A DNA stretch of 64,000 nt from Schizochytrium sp. TIO01 (lineage: Eukaryota; Protista; Bigyra: Labyrinthulomycetes): positions 5,116,483-5,180,482 of the forward strand of contig SMSO01000032.1 of assembly GCA_004764695.1 (NCBI GenBank), in the 5' to 3' direction. Shown here in pieces: positions 32,790 to 45,727 of this stretch (position 1 is its first letter; every line of letters starts with the position of its first letter). The notes beneath the pieces were generated by a model that searched no databases, had not been told where the DNA came from, and saw only the letters and a program-made list of their open reading frames with translations. The position numbers and the translations under genes are program-made.

Positions 32790-33743
32790 TCAGGCTTTAG
32801 AGAAGAAATGCCCAGCACAGGGCTTGATAGGCTTTGGGGTATCACTAGTGTTGACTTCGTGCCCATGGCTATCAAAAATACTGCGTGCGACACCAAGATA
32901 GTCAGGCAAGGGGAGCAACGACGCAACAGGTTCGCTTGTCAAAGAGGCAGAACCAGATTGTTGGAAACGCTCCATAGCTTGTTGCATCATCGCATTTGTG
33001 GATCTTTCTTCGCTTATAGTAGAGTGTGCCGGGAGCGCATAGTTGTGTCCAGGTAGTACAATAGTGCCTCCAGGGAGAGTCGATAGACGCGTGAGGGACT
33101 TGAGCATCGCGGGGACACTTGATTCGGGAAGGTCTGTGCGCCCACAGCTCATAATGAAGAGGGTGTCTCCGGTAAACAAGACACCGGGTGCGTCTTTCCC
33201 CTTGTCAATTAAGTAACACACGCTTCCAGGTGTGTGGCCAGGTGTCGCAAGGACCTGCAAGATGACGCGGTTGTTAAGTTTCACAGTGTCACCCTCGTCC
33301 AAAGCATGGATTTTTTCTAAGGAGACGTGGGCTTGTCTCGAGACAGCTTTGGCATCATCTCGTCCCACATAGCAAGCAATATTTCGCTGCATGAAGTCGG
33401 CAATACCTGGCAGCACGATATCTTCACGAGTTCCGGTCATTGCGCGTGGCACACGACCACCAGTGTGGTCAAAATGTCTGTGTGTCCAAACAGCGGCCTT
33501 AATCTGGACATTGAGTTCATTTTCGCAGACGTTCATGAAACCTTCCACATCCCAGCACGGGTCTATCGCAATGGCATCCCGAGTTTGCTCGTCGCAAACC
33601 ACATACATGTAATTCGCCATTTGGTACGCAAATTGATGAATCTGGTTCCCTCGAACATTGCTTGCAACCTCACGACCACTCAGTAGTTGATGAATCTGCA
33701 CGCCATCCTGCACAAGTGGCGTTGCTTCCGTGACTTTAACCAT
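32790..33743 (-). CDS. Metallo-beta-lactamase fold hydrolase, hydroxyacylglutathione hydrolase (glyoxalase II)-like
   Basis: THRHFDH (HxHxDH), TPGHTPGS, FTGDTLF, GRTDL and LPGHNY motifs. Confidence 0.9.
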   Translation of the reverse strand: MVKVTEATPLVQDGVQIHQLLSGREVASNVRGNQIHQFAYQMANYMYVVCDEQTRDAIAIDPCWDVEGFMNVCENELNVQIKAAVWTHRHFDHTGGRVPRAMTGTREDIVLPGIADFMQRNIACYVGRDDAKAVSRQAHVSLEKIHALDEGDTVKLNNRVILQVLATPGHTPGSVCYLIDKGKDAPGVLFTGDTLFIMSCGRTDLPESSVPAMLKSLTRLSTLPGGTIVLPGHNYALPAHSTISEERSTNAMMQQAMERFQQSGSASLTSEPVASLLPLPDYLGVARSIFDSHGHEVNTSDTPKPIKPCAGHFFSKA

Positions 33744-34745
33744 CTCGTTAAGCCTTTGCTGTAAATGTTCCAGAGGTACACAACCTTGCTTGATGCACTG
33801 TTCCTTGGGTATTTTTATCTTCTTTCTTCAAGAAGAAGAAGAAGAAGAAGAACTCCAAAGCTGCAACCTCTTGCGATTCCAGACACGCCTCGCCGCAACA
33901 CCTAATCTCCAGATGCCTTGTCACGTGTGTCTGCGTTCAATCAAATTACAGTCTACTTCCCTCCAACCCGTGTTCGAGTAGACCTAAGAAAGTTGTTTAC
34001 ACACGAACTCTTTCGCAAGTCCGCCTCAATCCTTCTCATTAAGTCACTTCCGATCGTGAGAATATGCTAACTCATCCTTCTATGAAAATCCTTAGTAATC
34101 TCTCCTTCTCTCTCTCTCTCTCTAGGTACCTACCAAGGAAGGAAAGATGGTATTACTACAAAACCACTTAAAGTAAACAAATGCCGTACACGAAAGCCAC
34201 CATACTGCGAGATGTTTAAACTTAGTCAAAGCAGTTTATTGCGCTCTAAAGCGCAACTTTGCACAAAAAATATGATTTGTAGTTGTACATTTTATCCAGC
34301 AGTGATACCTCTTATGGTGGCTGGCTGTTCATGAAGGAAAAAAAGTTCAACTTCCTGAGCCCATCTGTATCGTGGTCGTTTAATAAAGCTTCCCTTAACT
34401 TTGAGAGCAGGAATAGATGCATTGGAGTCAAGATGTTGAAACAACCTCTAGGCCCTTCTCGAAATCGAAAAGGCCATCATCAAGGCCTTGTTCCATCACC
34501 TTTTCGAGGAGAGGTTTAGAAATTGCAGCGCATAACTCAAATTCTAAACAAGAAAGTACCCCCTAGGTAAGAGATTTTCTATAAAAAACTAAGAGGCAAA
34601 TTCCGAAAGGCCGTTCGTGGTTGCGTGAGCTCCAGCACGAGGAGCAATCTCTCCCGGGATCGAGGCCAAATCCCTCCCTCCCTGCTTCGTGTTGCATCTT
34701 ACCCGGTGAGAGGTGTTTGCTACAGCAGTAGCAGACTTCGTGAGG

Positions 34746-36821
34746 ATGAAGTCTGTGCAATTCGTGCCCGAGTCGTCCAAGAACGTGAGACGCGGCGGCG
34801 ATGCTCAACATCAGCCTGACCAGGCTGCTTTAAGGAAAGCTGCAGAAGAAGAAATTGCGTTCAAGAACCGGCAAAGGGATCGTGACCTCAGAAAACAAGC
34901 ACTCTTGCAAGAACTGGCTGCTCAGGAACTGGCAGCCAAGTCGTACAAGGCAGAAGACGGGTATGAACTACTCTCAGAGGACGACGGCGCAGATACAGCC
35001 CGCGATAAGGATAGAAAAAAGGACTCTAAGAAACGGAAAAGCCACAAAGACTCAAAACACAAAAAAGATCGCCACCGCCATCGAGAAGGCAGCTCAAGCT
35101 CATCTAGAAAAGATAAAAAAGATAGAAAGAAGAAGAAGAAGAAGAAATCTTCATCGTCAAAATCTAGTCGTGACAGATCAGGCAGGAGCAGGACGAGAAG
35201 TTTTTCAGAGTCATCATCAGCGTCTTCAGGCTCTTCAGACTCACGCGCCGGTAGACCTCGAGATATCAAACGTGAAAATACGAAAGTTGTTGGCATGGAT
35301 GAAGGTTCCGATTTGCATGAAGGCGTGAAGACATCAATCGCGGATGCTCGTCGCGCAGCTGGCCTAGATTGGTTTACAGCCGCCGGAAACAACCCTCTGC
35401 AATCAAAAGATAATGAAGGTGGTGAGTACTCGCCACATGGGACATTGGCAGAACCTGATGACCCAACAAGCACTCTGGGTCAGCATGCTTCAACGATGCA
35501 GCATAAGGTCCCTAAGGCTATTAATCAGACTCCTCCACTCGGCGATCCAAACAAGCTTGCCGCCAAAGCGATGCGTGCAAAGCTGAAAGGAGACATTGCA
35601 CTTCATGACCAACTTCAGAAAGAGATCAAAATTCTTCGTGCAGCTCAAACTGGCGGAGTCGTAGCTGCTGCAACTGCTCGGGCTATGCACGAAAGCGACG
35701 ATGCTGTTCTCGCGCCTATGGACGCTCAGGGAAGGTACTTGAGCTCTCTTGCAAGTGTGCAAGATCACACAGTGACCAGCGCCGACGTGCGCAAGCGCAA
35801 GCGAGGCATGTACCGGGACAAAGAGTTTGAGAAACACGAGGAAGATATGAGTGTACAAGAGATGCTGCGCCGTGAGAAGCAAGAGGTAGATATGGATAGC
35901 GCTTACGTGGAGAACCTTTTGAAGCGTAACCGCCACGATAAAATGAAGTACCTAGAAAAGAATGCTCGAGAAGAAGATGCTTTAGAGACAGTAGAAGAAA
36001 CAAAGCAAGCTGCGTTGTACCAGTCGCGTAAATCACGCATGACAGAGATGCGTGCGGCTGAAGTGGATCGGCAGAATGCCATCAATGCTCATCGCCGTGC
36101 TGAGCGTGGAGAACGTTCGTGTCCCTTTTCATTCCAATCACCGCACTTTAAAAAACATCTTGTGGCGGCGATCGGCGAATACGCTTACTTGATGCTTCCT
36201 GTGCATCCAATTGCGCCGGGACATGTTCGAATCGTGCCATTAGACTCCGTCCCCGCAATGACAGCAGCTTCCGAGGGTTTGAGAGCTGAGGTTGCCAAAT
36301 TTCAGGCGGCGCTTGAGCGTTTATACGGCACAGAGGACGAGCCACAGTCGCTCGTTTATATGGAGACTGTCATAGACCCTGACCGCCTTGGGTGGCACAC
36401 GTGCATTGAGTGCATTCCTGTAGATGAACATGAGGCAGAGATGGTCCCTATTTTTTTCAAGAAAGCTCTTGCCGAAGCCGGTGAAGAGTGGGCTGCGACA
36501 ACCCACAAAACAATTGATACACAAGGGCGGCCCGTGTCGAGTGCTATTCCACCAAATTTCGCATATTTTCATGTAGCATGGGGTGGTGGTGGCTACCCCC
36601 CTGGTGGATACGCCCATCGCATTGAGGAACCTCGCTTGTATAAACCTGAGTTTGGGCCCGATATTTTACGCGGAATTCAAGGTGAAGCCGGTTTACGTTT
36701 TGCTCGCAAGCGTGAATCTGAATCTGCTGAGCGCCAGCGCGTTGCTGCTTTCCAAAAACAATGGGCCAAAGTAGATTTCATTGCAGCGTCAAGCAGTAGC
36801 ACTAGCAGTAGCAGCAAGTAG
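34746..36821 (+). CDS. CWF19L2: CWF19-like protein 2 (spliceosome/lariat debranching-associated, CwfJ C-terminal domains)
   Basis: K/S/R-rich low-complexity N-terminus, NKLAAKAMRAKLKGD, CPF, GHVRIVP, HTCIECIPV, PIFFKKALAEAGEEW, YFHV and GYAHRIE. Confidence 0.9.
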   Translation: MKSVQFVPESSKNVRRGGDAQHQPDQAALRKAAEEEIAFKNRQRDRDLRKQALLQELAAQELAAKSYKAEDGYELLSEDDGADTARDKDRKKDSKKRKSHKDSKHKKDRHRHREGSSSSSRKDKKDRKKKKKKKSSSSKSSRDRSGRSRTRSFSESSSASSGSSDSRAGRPRDIKRENTKVVGMDEGSDLHEGVKTSIADARRAAGLDWFTAAGNNPLQSKDNEGGEYSPHGTLAEPDDPTSTLGQHASTMQHKVPKAINQTPPLGDPNKLAAKAMRAKLKGDIALHDQLQKEIKILRAAQTGGVVAAATARAMHESDDAVLAPMDAQGRYLSSLASVQDHTVTSADVRKRKRGMYRDKEFEKHEEDMSVQEMLRREKQEVDMDSAYVENLLKRNRHDKMKYLEKNAREEDALETVEETKQAALYQSRKSRMTEMRAAEVDRQNAINAHRRAERGERSCPFSFQSPHFKKHLVAAIGEYAYLMLPVHPIAPGHVRIVPLDSVPAMTAASEGLRAEVAKFQAALERLYGTEDEPQSLVYMETVIDPDRLGWHTCIECIPVDEHEAEMVPIFFKKALAEAGEEWAATTHKTIDTQGRPVSSAIPPNFAYFHVAWGGGGYPPGGYAHRIEEPRLYKPEFGPDILRGIQGEAGLRFARKRESESAERQRVAAFQKQWAKVDFIAASSSSTSSSSK

Positions 36822-37393
36822 TTGTGCTATAAGGCGTGAGCTGAAGATAGTAATCTAGCATCCTATTATAAAAACATCTTGTCCTGGTTTCTCCTTGTGT
36901 CTTTCACAGAGTGCACAAGGCTTTCATAGTTTAGCAATCTTCAAAATTCTTTGCGTGCGTTTGCGTGAGCGTGGGACGGGAGGCAATCTTGAAGAGGGGA
37001 GAACGAAAGAAAAGATTTGCCGAAGCCAAATTCGGGCTGAGGAAGAGAGGGAGAATAGCGTAGATACTTTTAAAGAAAGAATGAACTCGGAGGAAAGATA
37101 TTGAAAGTTGTTTGTGTAGTATTAAAAAAGATAAATTGAAGATTGTGTTGTGTTCGGGAAGACTAAATACGGTAAATAAATGAAAGTTGAGGAACCGCCT
37201 GGGCCCCCAGTGAGTGAGTGATGCATGCAAGATGGTCGAGTCTTGTTCTGTGAAACGCAGCGCCGCATAGCGCTACGCTCCACCAAGTAGCTCACTTGCA
37301 CTGAAAATTTCTAAGCTTAACTCCGAAGACTATGTTGCACCGTGATAGTGGTGGCAAACCCTTCGTAAGTAATGTGGAGCAGGATTCTACGAC

Positions 37394-37810
37394 TTAGAGG
37401 GCCTCCTTCATCTTCTTGCTGAGAGCGCGGCGGAGCTCTGCACGCTCACCAGTGCGGGCGACGACCTCGGAGCGCTTGCGGGTCATGATGGCCTCCTTAA
37501 GGGCGCGGGATGCACCAACAGAAACGCCAGCAGCCTTGAAGTCGCTGTCGGAAAGCTTGTAGAGAAGGTTGAGGTTGATAACCTGGGCGTTCTTGAGCGC
37601 CTGGAGGGTGTCCTTGGAGAACTCGCCGAGTCCCATCTCGTGCATCGCCTTGGAGACAAAGTCATCGAGGGTCACGGCATTGGCAGAGCTGTTCTCAGCA
37701 ACCTCGGCGGCGGCAGGCTGAGCGCTGGCAGCAAAGGCGCGAGTGGCCACGGCCGGGGTGGAGCGGGCAAGAGCCACGCGGGTGAGAGGGAGCTTAGCAG
37801 CGGCAAACAT
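37394..37810 (-). CDS. Small mitochondrial-targeted SAM-domain protein (138 aa)
   Basis: N-terminal Ala/Arg-rich acid-free presequence ending TRAF-AAS. MGLGEF...LKNAQV..LNLLYKLSDSDFKAAGVSVGASRALKEAI fits the SAM consensus. Strong C/G-ending codon bias. Confidence 0.75.
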   Translation of the reverse strand: MFAAAKLPLTRVALARSTPAVATRAFAASAQPAAAEVAENSSANAVTLDDFVSKAMHEMGLGEFSKDTLQALKNAQVINLNLLYKLSDSDFKAAGVSVGASRALKEAIMTRKRSEVVARTGERAELRRALSKKMKEAL

Positions 37811-38097
37811 TGTTTCTGGTTAAAACGTAGACGTGTACGAGCGTGGATCGAGAGACTTTGTTTTGCTTGCTTTGAGCTGCTTTGAGTTGCTTTGAGTTGC
37901 GGGTTTGGAGTTGCGGATTTGCTGAAGACGGCTGTGCTCTGCCCAAGTCAGTGTAAGACCTCTAGACAGGCATAGCAGGGCTTACGGCGATGTCTCTTTC
38001 CCCTCAGCAATTAATTTTTAGCTCCGTAGCTACAGTAAGTAGATCTATCTATCTGTTCAATCATCATCATTTTTTAACTTTAAAACACTGACTACGT

Positions 38098-38099
38098 GA

Positions 38100-38143
<44 letters not shown>

Positions 38144-38698
38144 CAGGAGGAATGTAAGAAGAAAGTCTCTTCATCAACCCAGAACGCGCCAGAGACAGTG
38201 TGAGGGAGATGAACTTGAAAAGCTTGAAAGAATCTCCACGCTCCTCACGTCATCAAGTGGAGTTGGGGGAACAGAAAACTTAGAATCTGTTACTTACTCA
38301 CTGCGGCGAAAACTTTATCTAATCATAAACCTGCTGATGAAAGAATGCAAATAAACAAAGAAAGAAGCAAAGAAACAAAGAAACAAAGAAATCAATCAAT
38401 CAATCAATCAATCAATCGATCAATTGAAGGCAGAAAGACCTGGTGCCCATACATTGGCGGTGGAGAACGGTCTCGGCGAAGGAGGAACGGCACTCTCTCG
38501 ACCGCACTGCACCCTCTTCCATCAGCCCGGACGTGATCGAGGCCACGCCCAGCTCAGAGGTGGGTTTTCCGGCGGAAGTTTGAGACTTCCTTTCAACTAA
38601 CCACATACATTCATCCCAAGTGCGTTACAGGTAACCTACCCACGTATACCGGATACCAGTTCGACACCTTCGCGAGACTGACTGACTGACTGACTGAC
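38098..38698. repeat. Microsatellites: (GAAA)~11 at 38098-38143, (AATC)n at ~38390-38417, (GACT)5 at ~38677-38698
   Basis: Directly visible tandem repeats upstream of the SAM gene. Confidence 0.9.
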
Positions 38699-40622
38699 TT
38701 TTGCTGTGCTTTCCAACTTCTTCCTCAACTTTTGACTTTCTTTGTGCCGCAAACATAAAAATCACAGCGCTGGCTAAAATTGCAAAAAAAAACGAGACCA
38801 AAAAGCAGGTGAGCAGAACTCAGGCGCAGCACAGCAGCAGGAGCCTGGGACGCTCTGGTTTCCAGGATTCGAAAGAAAGCAACGCTCGAAGCTAGAAAGG
38901 AATCAATCGTCTTGGGATAGAAAGCAGCGCAGCCTTGTATTATGCAGTGCCCTCTTCTCCGTTAGATCCTCGGCAGAATAGAACAGAACGCGTGAAAGAA
39001 AGAAAGTAAGAAAGAAAAAAAGAACGCGCAGATACGGACGACGGGCCTCCTGTTGCCAGCGAGGATCTCCAAAGGCTGGAATCCTCAAGCAGCCGCGCTC
39101 GCAAACGTCACGGCGCGGCAGAAGCCATGAGCGTGCGTGCGTGTGTGTGCCTACCTTCGCAGCGACCACGCTCGCGAGGCTGCGGCTTCGCATCGATGGA
39201 GGCCTATTGGAAAGGCGGGAAAGCACGGCAGCAGAATCCACTAAAGCCCACCTTTTGGAAAGATACAGCAAAACACAGGATTTCAGGAAAACACACTCTC
39301 TCTATGGCTGAGAAAGATACCCAAAGCGTTTATATATATATCATATGATCCATATATTTTTAATATATTTAAAAAACCAAGTTTTACAATACTTTTCTGT
39401 GATAAAAAGTTAAAAGCAGCAGAGAAAGCACAACAAACAAACTTTCAAAGAAGCGAGGGCTGCGGCGGTTCGCCTACTTACCGATAACGGTAGCAGTGGC
39501 TGCCACACGTGTGTTTTATTTAGTCTCTATTGGCCTTCAAGGAAAGCCATCGCAACCTCTCTGTAGCTAGAGAGAAGAACGCGGAAAAGAAGAGGCTTTT
39601 TTTAGTTTTTTTTTAATTAGTGCGGGCAAATACGTATCGATGGAGGTCCTATCTTGGGCATCGCAGGAAATAGGCCGCGTATCCTCCGGCTCTTGGGCAG
39701 TATGTATCGAGGGAACTCGAAGGCCTGGCTCCTTCTGGGGGTTTCGAGTGTTCCAAGAAGCTGAAAGGCCAACCACAGCAATTAATAATCAACGTTCAAC
39801 TGTGTTTGTTTGCTTGCTTGCTTGCTTGCTTGCCTGCCTGCTTTCAGTTTTTCTTCGAGGGCTAGCGTTACGTCTAGCGCGTATCTATGCTGGCAGGACA
39901 TTATCCCACTTCAAGTTGTTTTTTAATGACTAATCTAATGAATAATATTATGTATATGTATAATTTTTTAAATAAATGTTTTAAAGATACATGTTTTGGT
40001 TTTACTGGTAAGGTCGCAGTAGCAAGCATTAGCGAGCAGTAGCAATTCTTCTCCTTCTCTTTGTTACTTCTTCTTATTTTCACAGTGTGGCAAAAGGGAA
40101 GAAAGGGGCACCTCAGCTTTTGCACCCGTCGCCGTTGCGCAGGCCCTTCGAGTTCAATTTGGGGTTCAAGCAAGCAGCTCTTCCTTCCGAAGTTGTGCAT
40201 AAAACGGGCAGCTTAAGCCCTCGCGAGCTCAAGCCGTCGAGCTCCTCTGGCTTTTGCGGGAGCCCTCTGAGGCTACGCCTTCACGTTGAGGGCGTTGTCC
40301 TGGGCTCTTTCTTTCCCTTCTTCTTACTGAGTAGAAGGATTGCTTTCAGCTTTTAATTCATTTAGTTTTATAAAAAAACAAAACAAAGAAAACAAAGAAA
40401 ACAAAAGAACTATAAATAAGTAACTCACAAAACAAGCAAGCATCCAAAAAATCGCAAGGAATACCTTCGAAACAGCGCTCTAAAACTGGTCTCTGAGGGT
40501 CTTCGAGGCCGGCCGGAAAGGCCTTGGAGACCCAAAGATGTAGATCTAACTATCTCAAATACGTCGATACGTCGATCGTAGGCGTGTTTGATGATCTATC
40601 TTGAAGCGGTTGTTTCTGCCGC

Positions 40623-40852
40623 AAAAAAAAAAAAAAAAAAAAAAAAAAGTAGAACAAACAAAAAAGAAGCTCGAGGCGCCGCAGAATCTCAGAACGATGT
40701 GATCTTCGACCGACCAACTGATTGTTTGCTTGTTTAATTGTTTGATTGTTTGACTGTTTGATTATTTGACTATTTGAACGTTTGAACGTTTGATTGTGAA
40801 TGTGTTTGACTGTTTGATTGTTTGATTGACTGACTGACTAACTAACTAACTG
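40623..40852. repeat. Poly(A)26 (40623-40648) and degenerate TTGA/TTGT/CTGA/CTAA repeat tract (~40719-40852)
   Basis: Seen directly. Confidence 0.85.
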
Positions 40853-43800
40853 ACCAACTCTTCAACAACCGGCGCAGGAACGAAGCCCGCGACGACGATT
40901 GCGCCGGCGGAGAGTTGGCGAGCGAGACGGACCTCGCTCGGAACAAGAACTCGAAGGCGAGTTTGAGATACCTTGAACGTGTTCGAGTTGGACCCGAAGA
41001 CGGGCCATAGATTAGCCAACCTCTCCAAGGTATCCAAGAAGATACATACATACATACACCCGCGTTGCTTGCACATCTTCTTCTCTTGAAACCGAGTCGG
41101 CCGGCGCTGAGGAGATGTAAGAAACGCCATGTGCACTATGCGGCTGGTTCTCTCGAGTTCTCAGCGTTGTCCACTGGTATTTACGGGTCTCTTTTCTGCC
41201 GAAGATCGAGGTGGCCAGAAACCCATGAAAACTTAGTTTCAACTTTCAACGGGGAAGAAGTTGAACGTGGGCGTGGAGGTTTTTCCTCATAACGCGGCGA
41301 CGGTACGGCGTTGAAAGAGCGCATCTCAATTACGCTTCGCTTTCCTTGCGGGGCGCTTTCGAATGTGTTGTTATTCGCTTACTCACTATAACCTGAGTTT
41401 ATAGGAGTTGCTGTTGTTTTGAAATACCTACCTTCAACCTTCAGCCATGGACTTATTATTATTATTATTTTATTATTTTACAAAGATTAAAAATGAATTG
41501 AAATTAAAAATAAAAACTAAAATGTTGAACGTGAAAGCTCTCTTCCAATCAGCCTTTCTTCCAAAAACTGTGTTTTCCTACGTCTCTTCGAAAGTGCTGA
41601 CCTCAGTATTATTGTAGATTTGACAATTAGTTTGGCTGGGGGTTGATTGGAAAAAGCGAGGAGTAGTGGGTACCAATCTGGTTGAACTAAGCAAAGAACT
41701 TTGGAGGATTTGGAAAGGAACCGCTTGGAGCCGCCAACTTCGGACGGGTGCTATTCAGGGCTTCGCGATCGAAGAGGTTTGGACATGCGTGTAATTTGGT
41801 TGGCCGTGGTAGGGCTGGTGTATCTGGGGAGCGCCAACGTGCGCGCCAGCGCCAGCATTTTCAGGGCTGCGTTCGTGTGAACTCCGTGGGGTTTTGCCAT
41901 TCTGTTATTTATTTCTAAAGTCGTAAGAATTTTCGAAACGATATATTTGTTTCAGGGCAAGGTTTGCCGGAAACGTTTCCACACGGAAGAAGCGCCGTCT
42001 CCGGTGCCGTGGACGGATAGAAGGTACGGTACCTGCTTAGTGGAGATCGCTTGAAGGTGCGATGCTGAGCGTTGGACTGTCGAGGCATGATCAAAATCGA
42101 GCTCACGGGACACCTTCGAGGCCATGGAAGGCTTTGGAAAATGGCGCGATGAAACCTGCTGCATAAAGGCTCTCCTTTGGCTCATTTTGGGAGGGCAGAA
42201 GGAAGGATAGAACCCTTCCAATTGGCAGAGGCTATGAGTTGTACTTGCTTCCTTACAGATATTCAAAGATTGGGAGATGTCTCTAGCTAGAGAGTCTAAA
42301 TGCAACATTTTGGGAAAGGTATTTTTGTTTGTCGCGAACAAGGATGGAAACACTGAGTACTACCTAGTACAAGCAAACAAATTACAGTGTTTAAGCCAGG
42401 GCTGAACTTGACTTGCCCTGGGGACTGATGCTGCCTGATTAATCCTGATGTCTACAATAGCTCAGTTTGCTGCCGCATTTATGACTCTGAGGAACAATAA
42501 GTTGGCTTTTGACAGCTGGATTCATCGTTTCAAGGTACAACGTGAAATGGGCGCGATTTAGTTTAATGGCGGCTCGATTGTAAACACAAATTAAACTTGG
42601 CATCAAGGATGAAGTTTTTAGTAAAGTATATTCGAAACAGGTTTAATTACTATTAAAAAGGAGAATGCCACCTGGTCATTATACCAAAGTGTGCAGCTGT
42701 GTTGTCCAGAATCAGACAATTAATAAATTATATTGCGTGCTATAAAGAAAGGAAGTTTCTTCTAAGTTGAAAGATCATCTGACCACAATCCATCATTTCG
42801 TTCAAGTCGAGTACTATAATTGAAAAGACAAAATCGAGGTGATATGGAGAGAACCAGGGAGAGGAGCGTTTAGCTCCATGATAGGAAATACAGACGATTA
42901 AAAAACCATAAGCCTAATAAATAAATTGATTGATGACAATGCATCATGTTTGCAAAAGAGCCACTTCGCAATGATAGTGCAAACTAGAATTGTACCCTAG
43001 GTAGCTAGGGTCAAAGCAAACTTTAGCGCTAACACCGGTGCAAATTTGATCTAGAGATTTCTGTTCTAAATTGACTATGAGAATAGTAGTGAGATAGGAA
43101 TCAGTTATAAATTACAACCGTGGGGAAAGAAGAAACAAAAAGTGCACAGCACTGCAGGTCGTCTCGCAAACAATACTTACCATCTTAGTAGACCAAAAAG
43201 AAATATAGTTCCCTTTTGTCAAAGCTGTAAGCATTTGAAAAAGCACGCGGCTGCGAGCTGAAAGAAAATCGCCACCGCAAGATTTCCCCCTCTCACTCTA
43301 GCTAGCAATCCATCTAGATCAGCATTGTAAAAACTTCAATAGGTTGAGTTGCGTAACTGTATGCTAGAGTAAGTTTCCACTCGAAACGGGAGGTTTGCGT
43401 CTGCACATTATTCGCGACGATACACGTGCAATACTGGTTGTTCTTTTAAATATTTTTTGTTCAAAAGAACTAAAGTAAGTGTCTATCTAATCACATACCG
43501 GAAGTGGCGATTGAAGTTTTCTGCACTGGTAAACTTCTTCACATCTCATTGGTGAGACCAACAGAGGCGTGGGGAAAGTGCTCATGGGAGGAGGTACTAC
43601 CCAGCCTCTGTTTGATTTTGTTTTTCATTTCTCTGAAAAGGGAAATAATTTTCTTTCTATGTTCCCCCCACATATCACGGTTAGCAGGAGAAAAGAAAAT
43701 TCTTCCCAACTTCTAAGTCTCTAGAACTTGGACTTGAGGATGTTTAGATGAATAAATTTTGTGGTCTACGAGAGTTCCTTATTTATAGCGCATCAATGAC

Positions 43801-45727
43801 GACTGGTCATGCCATCTCATTATCATAATCTGCCAAAACGATGAGACCTGATGGAGTTATGTCACTTGGAGCTGCGGGACTATTGCAATACTTTCCATAT
43901 TAACCTATCACGTACCCTTATGCAATCAAATTTTAATCCCCCCCATAGACAATAGGTGACCAGTATGAGAATTATAGCAAGAAAGCAGAGAAAATAACTG
44001 CTAGTCAGCTTGAGGTTTTAGACAAGTGGACTAAAATTCTGGCACCTTCAAAAGAGCATCGCAATCCCGACTGACTTTAAGTAGAACCTACTACTTCAAA
44101 ACTCTCGTTTGCGATATTCAATTCTTGCCTGTACCTCAATTCGTTTTCTACCCCGATTTGTCAGTCTGCTCTTGAACAAGCTTCAAAGGTTTAACAAGTT
44201 ATTCTTACAGGGCAGCGTGCTGACGTAAGCTACATCAACAACAATGGACGACTCAGAGAATATCAACCCCTAGGTCCACATATGCCTGATATACTATCAG
44301 TTCATATCCATAACATCTTTTAACTTTAAGTCCAATCAATGAGATTCTGAGCAGCGAGTACCCACTTACTCTAGCTAGAAGTACGTACGAAGAGGTATAT
44401 CTATCCACACAGAGTAAGCCCCGAACAACACCAACAACTTGAGCAACCATGACAACCGGAAACTAGAAGAGAAATTCCATTTAGCGAGAAGCACTAGCAA
44501 CGCCTATGAAATAAATTAGTCAATGCTTATATGCAGCTAAAGGTCATTAGGTTTATCATTAGCGGTCATTCACCTATGAGTCTGCGTACCCCTAATAAGA
44601 CTGCTTCGCCGCGACGGTTTTTCGCCACTATATTACGCGACCCGGATTAGTCGCTAGTATATCAACGTACAATAACGAACGTACTACATGGCGTCCCTGA
44701 CATCTGCACAGCTATGCCCGAGAGCCGCAGGTTGCTTTCCACTTGCGCTGAAGTCTCTACAATAGGCCTATCCACACCACAAGTGCAGTATACCCTTTAA
44801 ACCCAACTTTGGGCTCTCCCGCAAATGAAGTATAAGTTTGCCTTCGATATCGTGGTGAAAGAAGTAGACCAGTAGATAGCAGTAGGTACAGCAGTGGGAG
44901 TCCTACCGTTTGCACTAGGTGCGTCCCAAGCGGCAGAAAGACAGGTCATCAGGGCCTTCTACCTCTCTATCTATGCGAACCTACGTATCTGTCGATCTAC
45001 AGGAAAGAAGAAGAAGAAGAAGACAGTCGTAGCCATAGAGGTGAGGCATCCCAACGATCATGAGCAGACTGGCTATGCTAAGGAGCATCAAGGACTTTGG
45101 TGTTGGGTACATGCATACATGACATTCATTACGTTGCCTTGCATTCACTCGTAGACACACTCATAGCAGAAATGATCGATTTCGATTGAGGAGGCATTGA
45201 TTGCTTGCTTGCTTGCTTGCTTGATTGCTAAGGCCGGTAGGGAGGTCGTAGCAGTGGGGGAATAGAATAGGCCAGTGTGGAGGAGGGCGTATAAAGCAGT
45301 TTGGGGGGCGGATACAGTAGGGCATAGAGGGCCTGCAAGTAGAGAATGGGGGAGTGGGTATAGTGGGTGCGCAAGTGAAGACAGACAGGCTGTTCCAGTT
45401 GGATATTTTCTGTTAAACTGTTTCTCTTTTTGAAAAGTTTGTTGTTGCTGTGAAATAGATAATTTTGAAAAAGAGAATAGATACTATGATAATAGTGGAG
45501 AAGGAGGAGAAGAAGCAGAAGAAGCAGACTTTGAACGAGAGCGAGCGCGCGAGCAAGTAGCGAGCGAGCGAGCTTCCGTACGGCCATCAGCTAGCGATTG
45601 AGCGAGCGCTCGCCATTGACGGCGTGCGTCCCGTAAACTTAGCCTCCCTCCGTGCGAGCCACGCCAGTTGGCGCGTTCCTCGAGTCGCTTGCGGTCCGCA
45701 GCGAGCTCGACCCCTGCCCTCGCCAAC

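Larger units (their letters stand above)
26623..32851 (+). repeat. Tandem segmental duplication: unit 1 ~26623-29689, unit 2 ~29690-32851
   Basis: The two units share upstream noncoding DNA (diverged, with indels), a near-identical CDS and an apparently identical 3' spacer. The junction ...TATCACTAGTGT|ACAAGAACAG at 29689/29690 joins the MBL gene 3' end to sequence matching 26623. Confidence 0.95.

Noticed and set aside
43791-43853. C/D snoRNA-like arrangement (CATCA-ATGACGA ... CTGA-TG)
   Set aside because: Imperfect C box and no rRNA-complementary guide that I could recognise; too weak without an Rfam or snoscan run.
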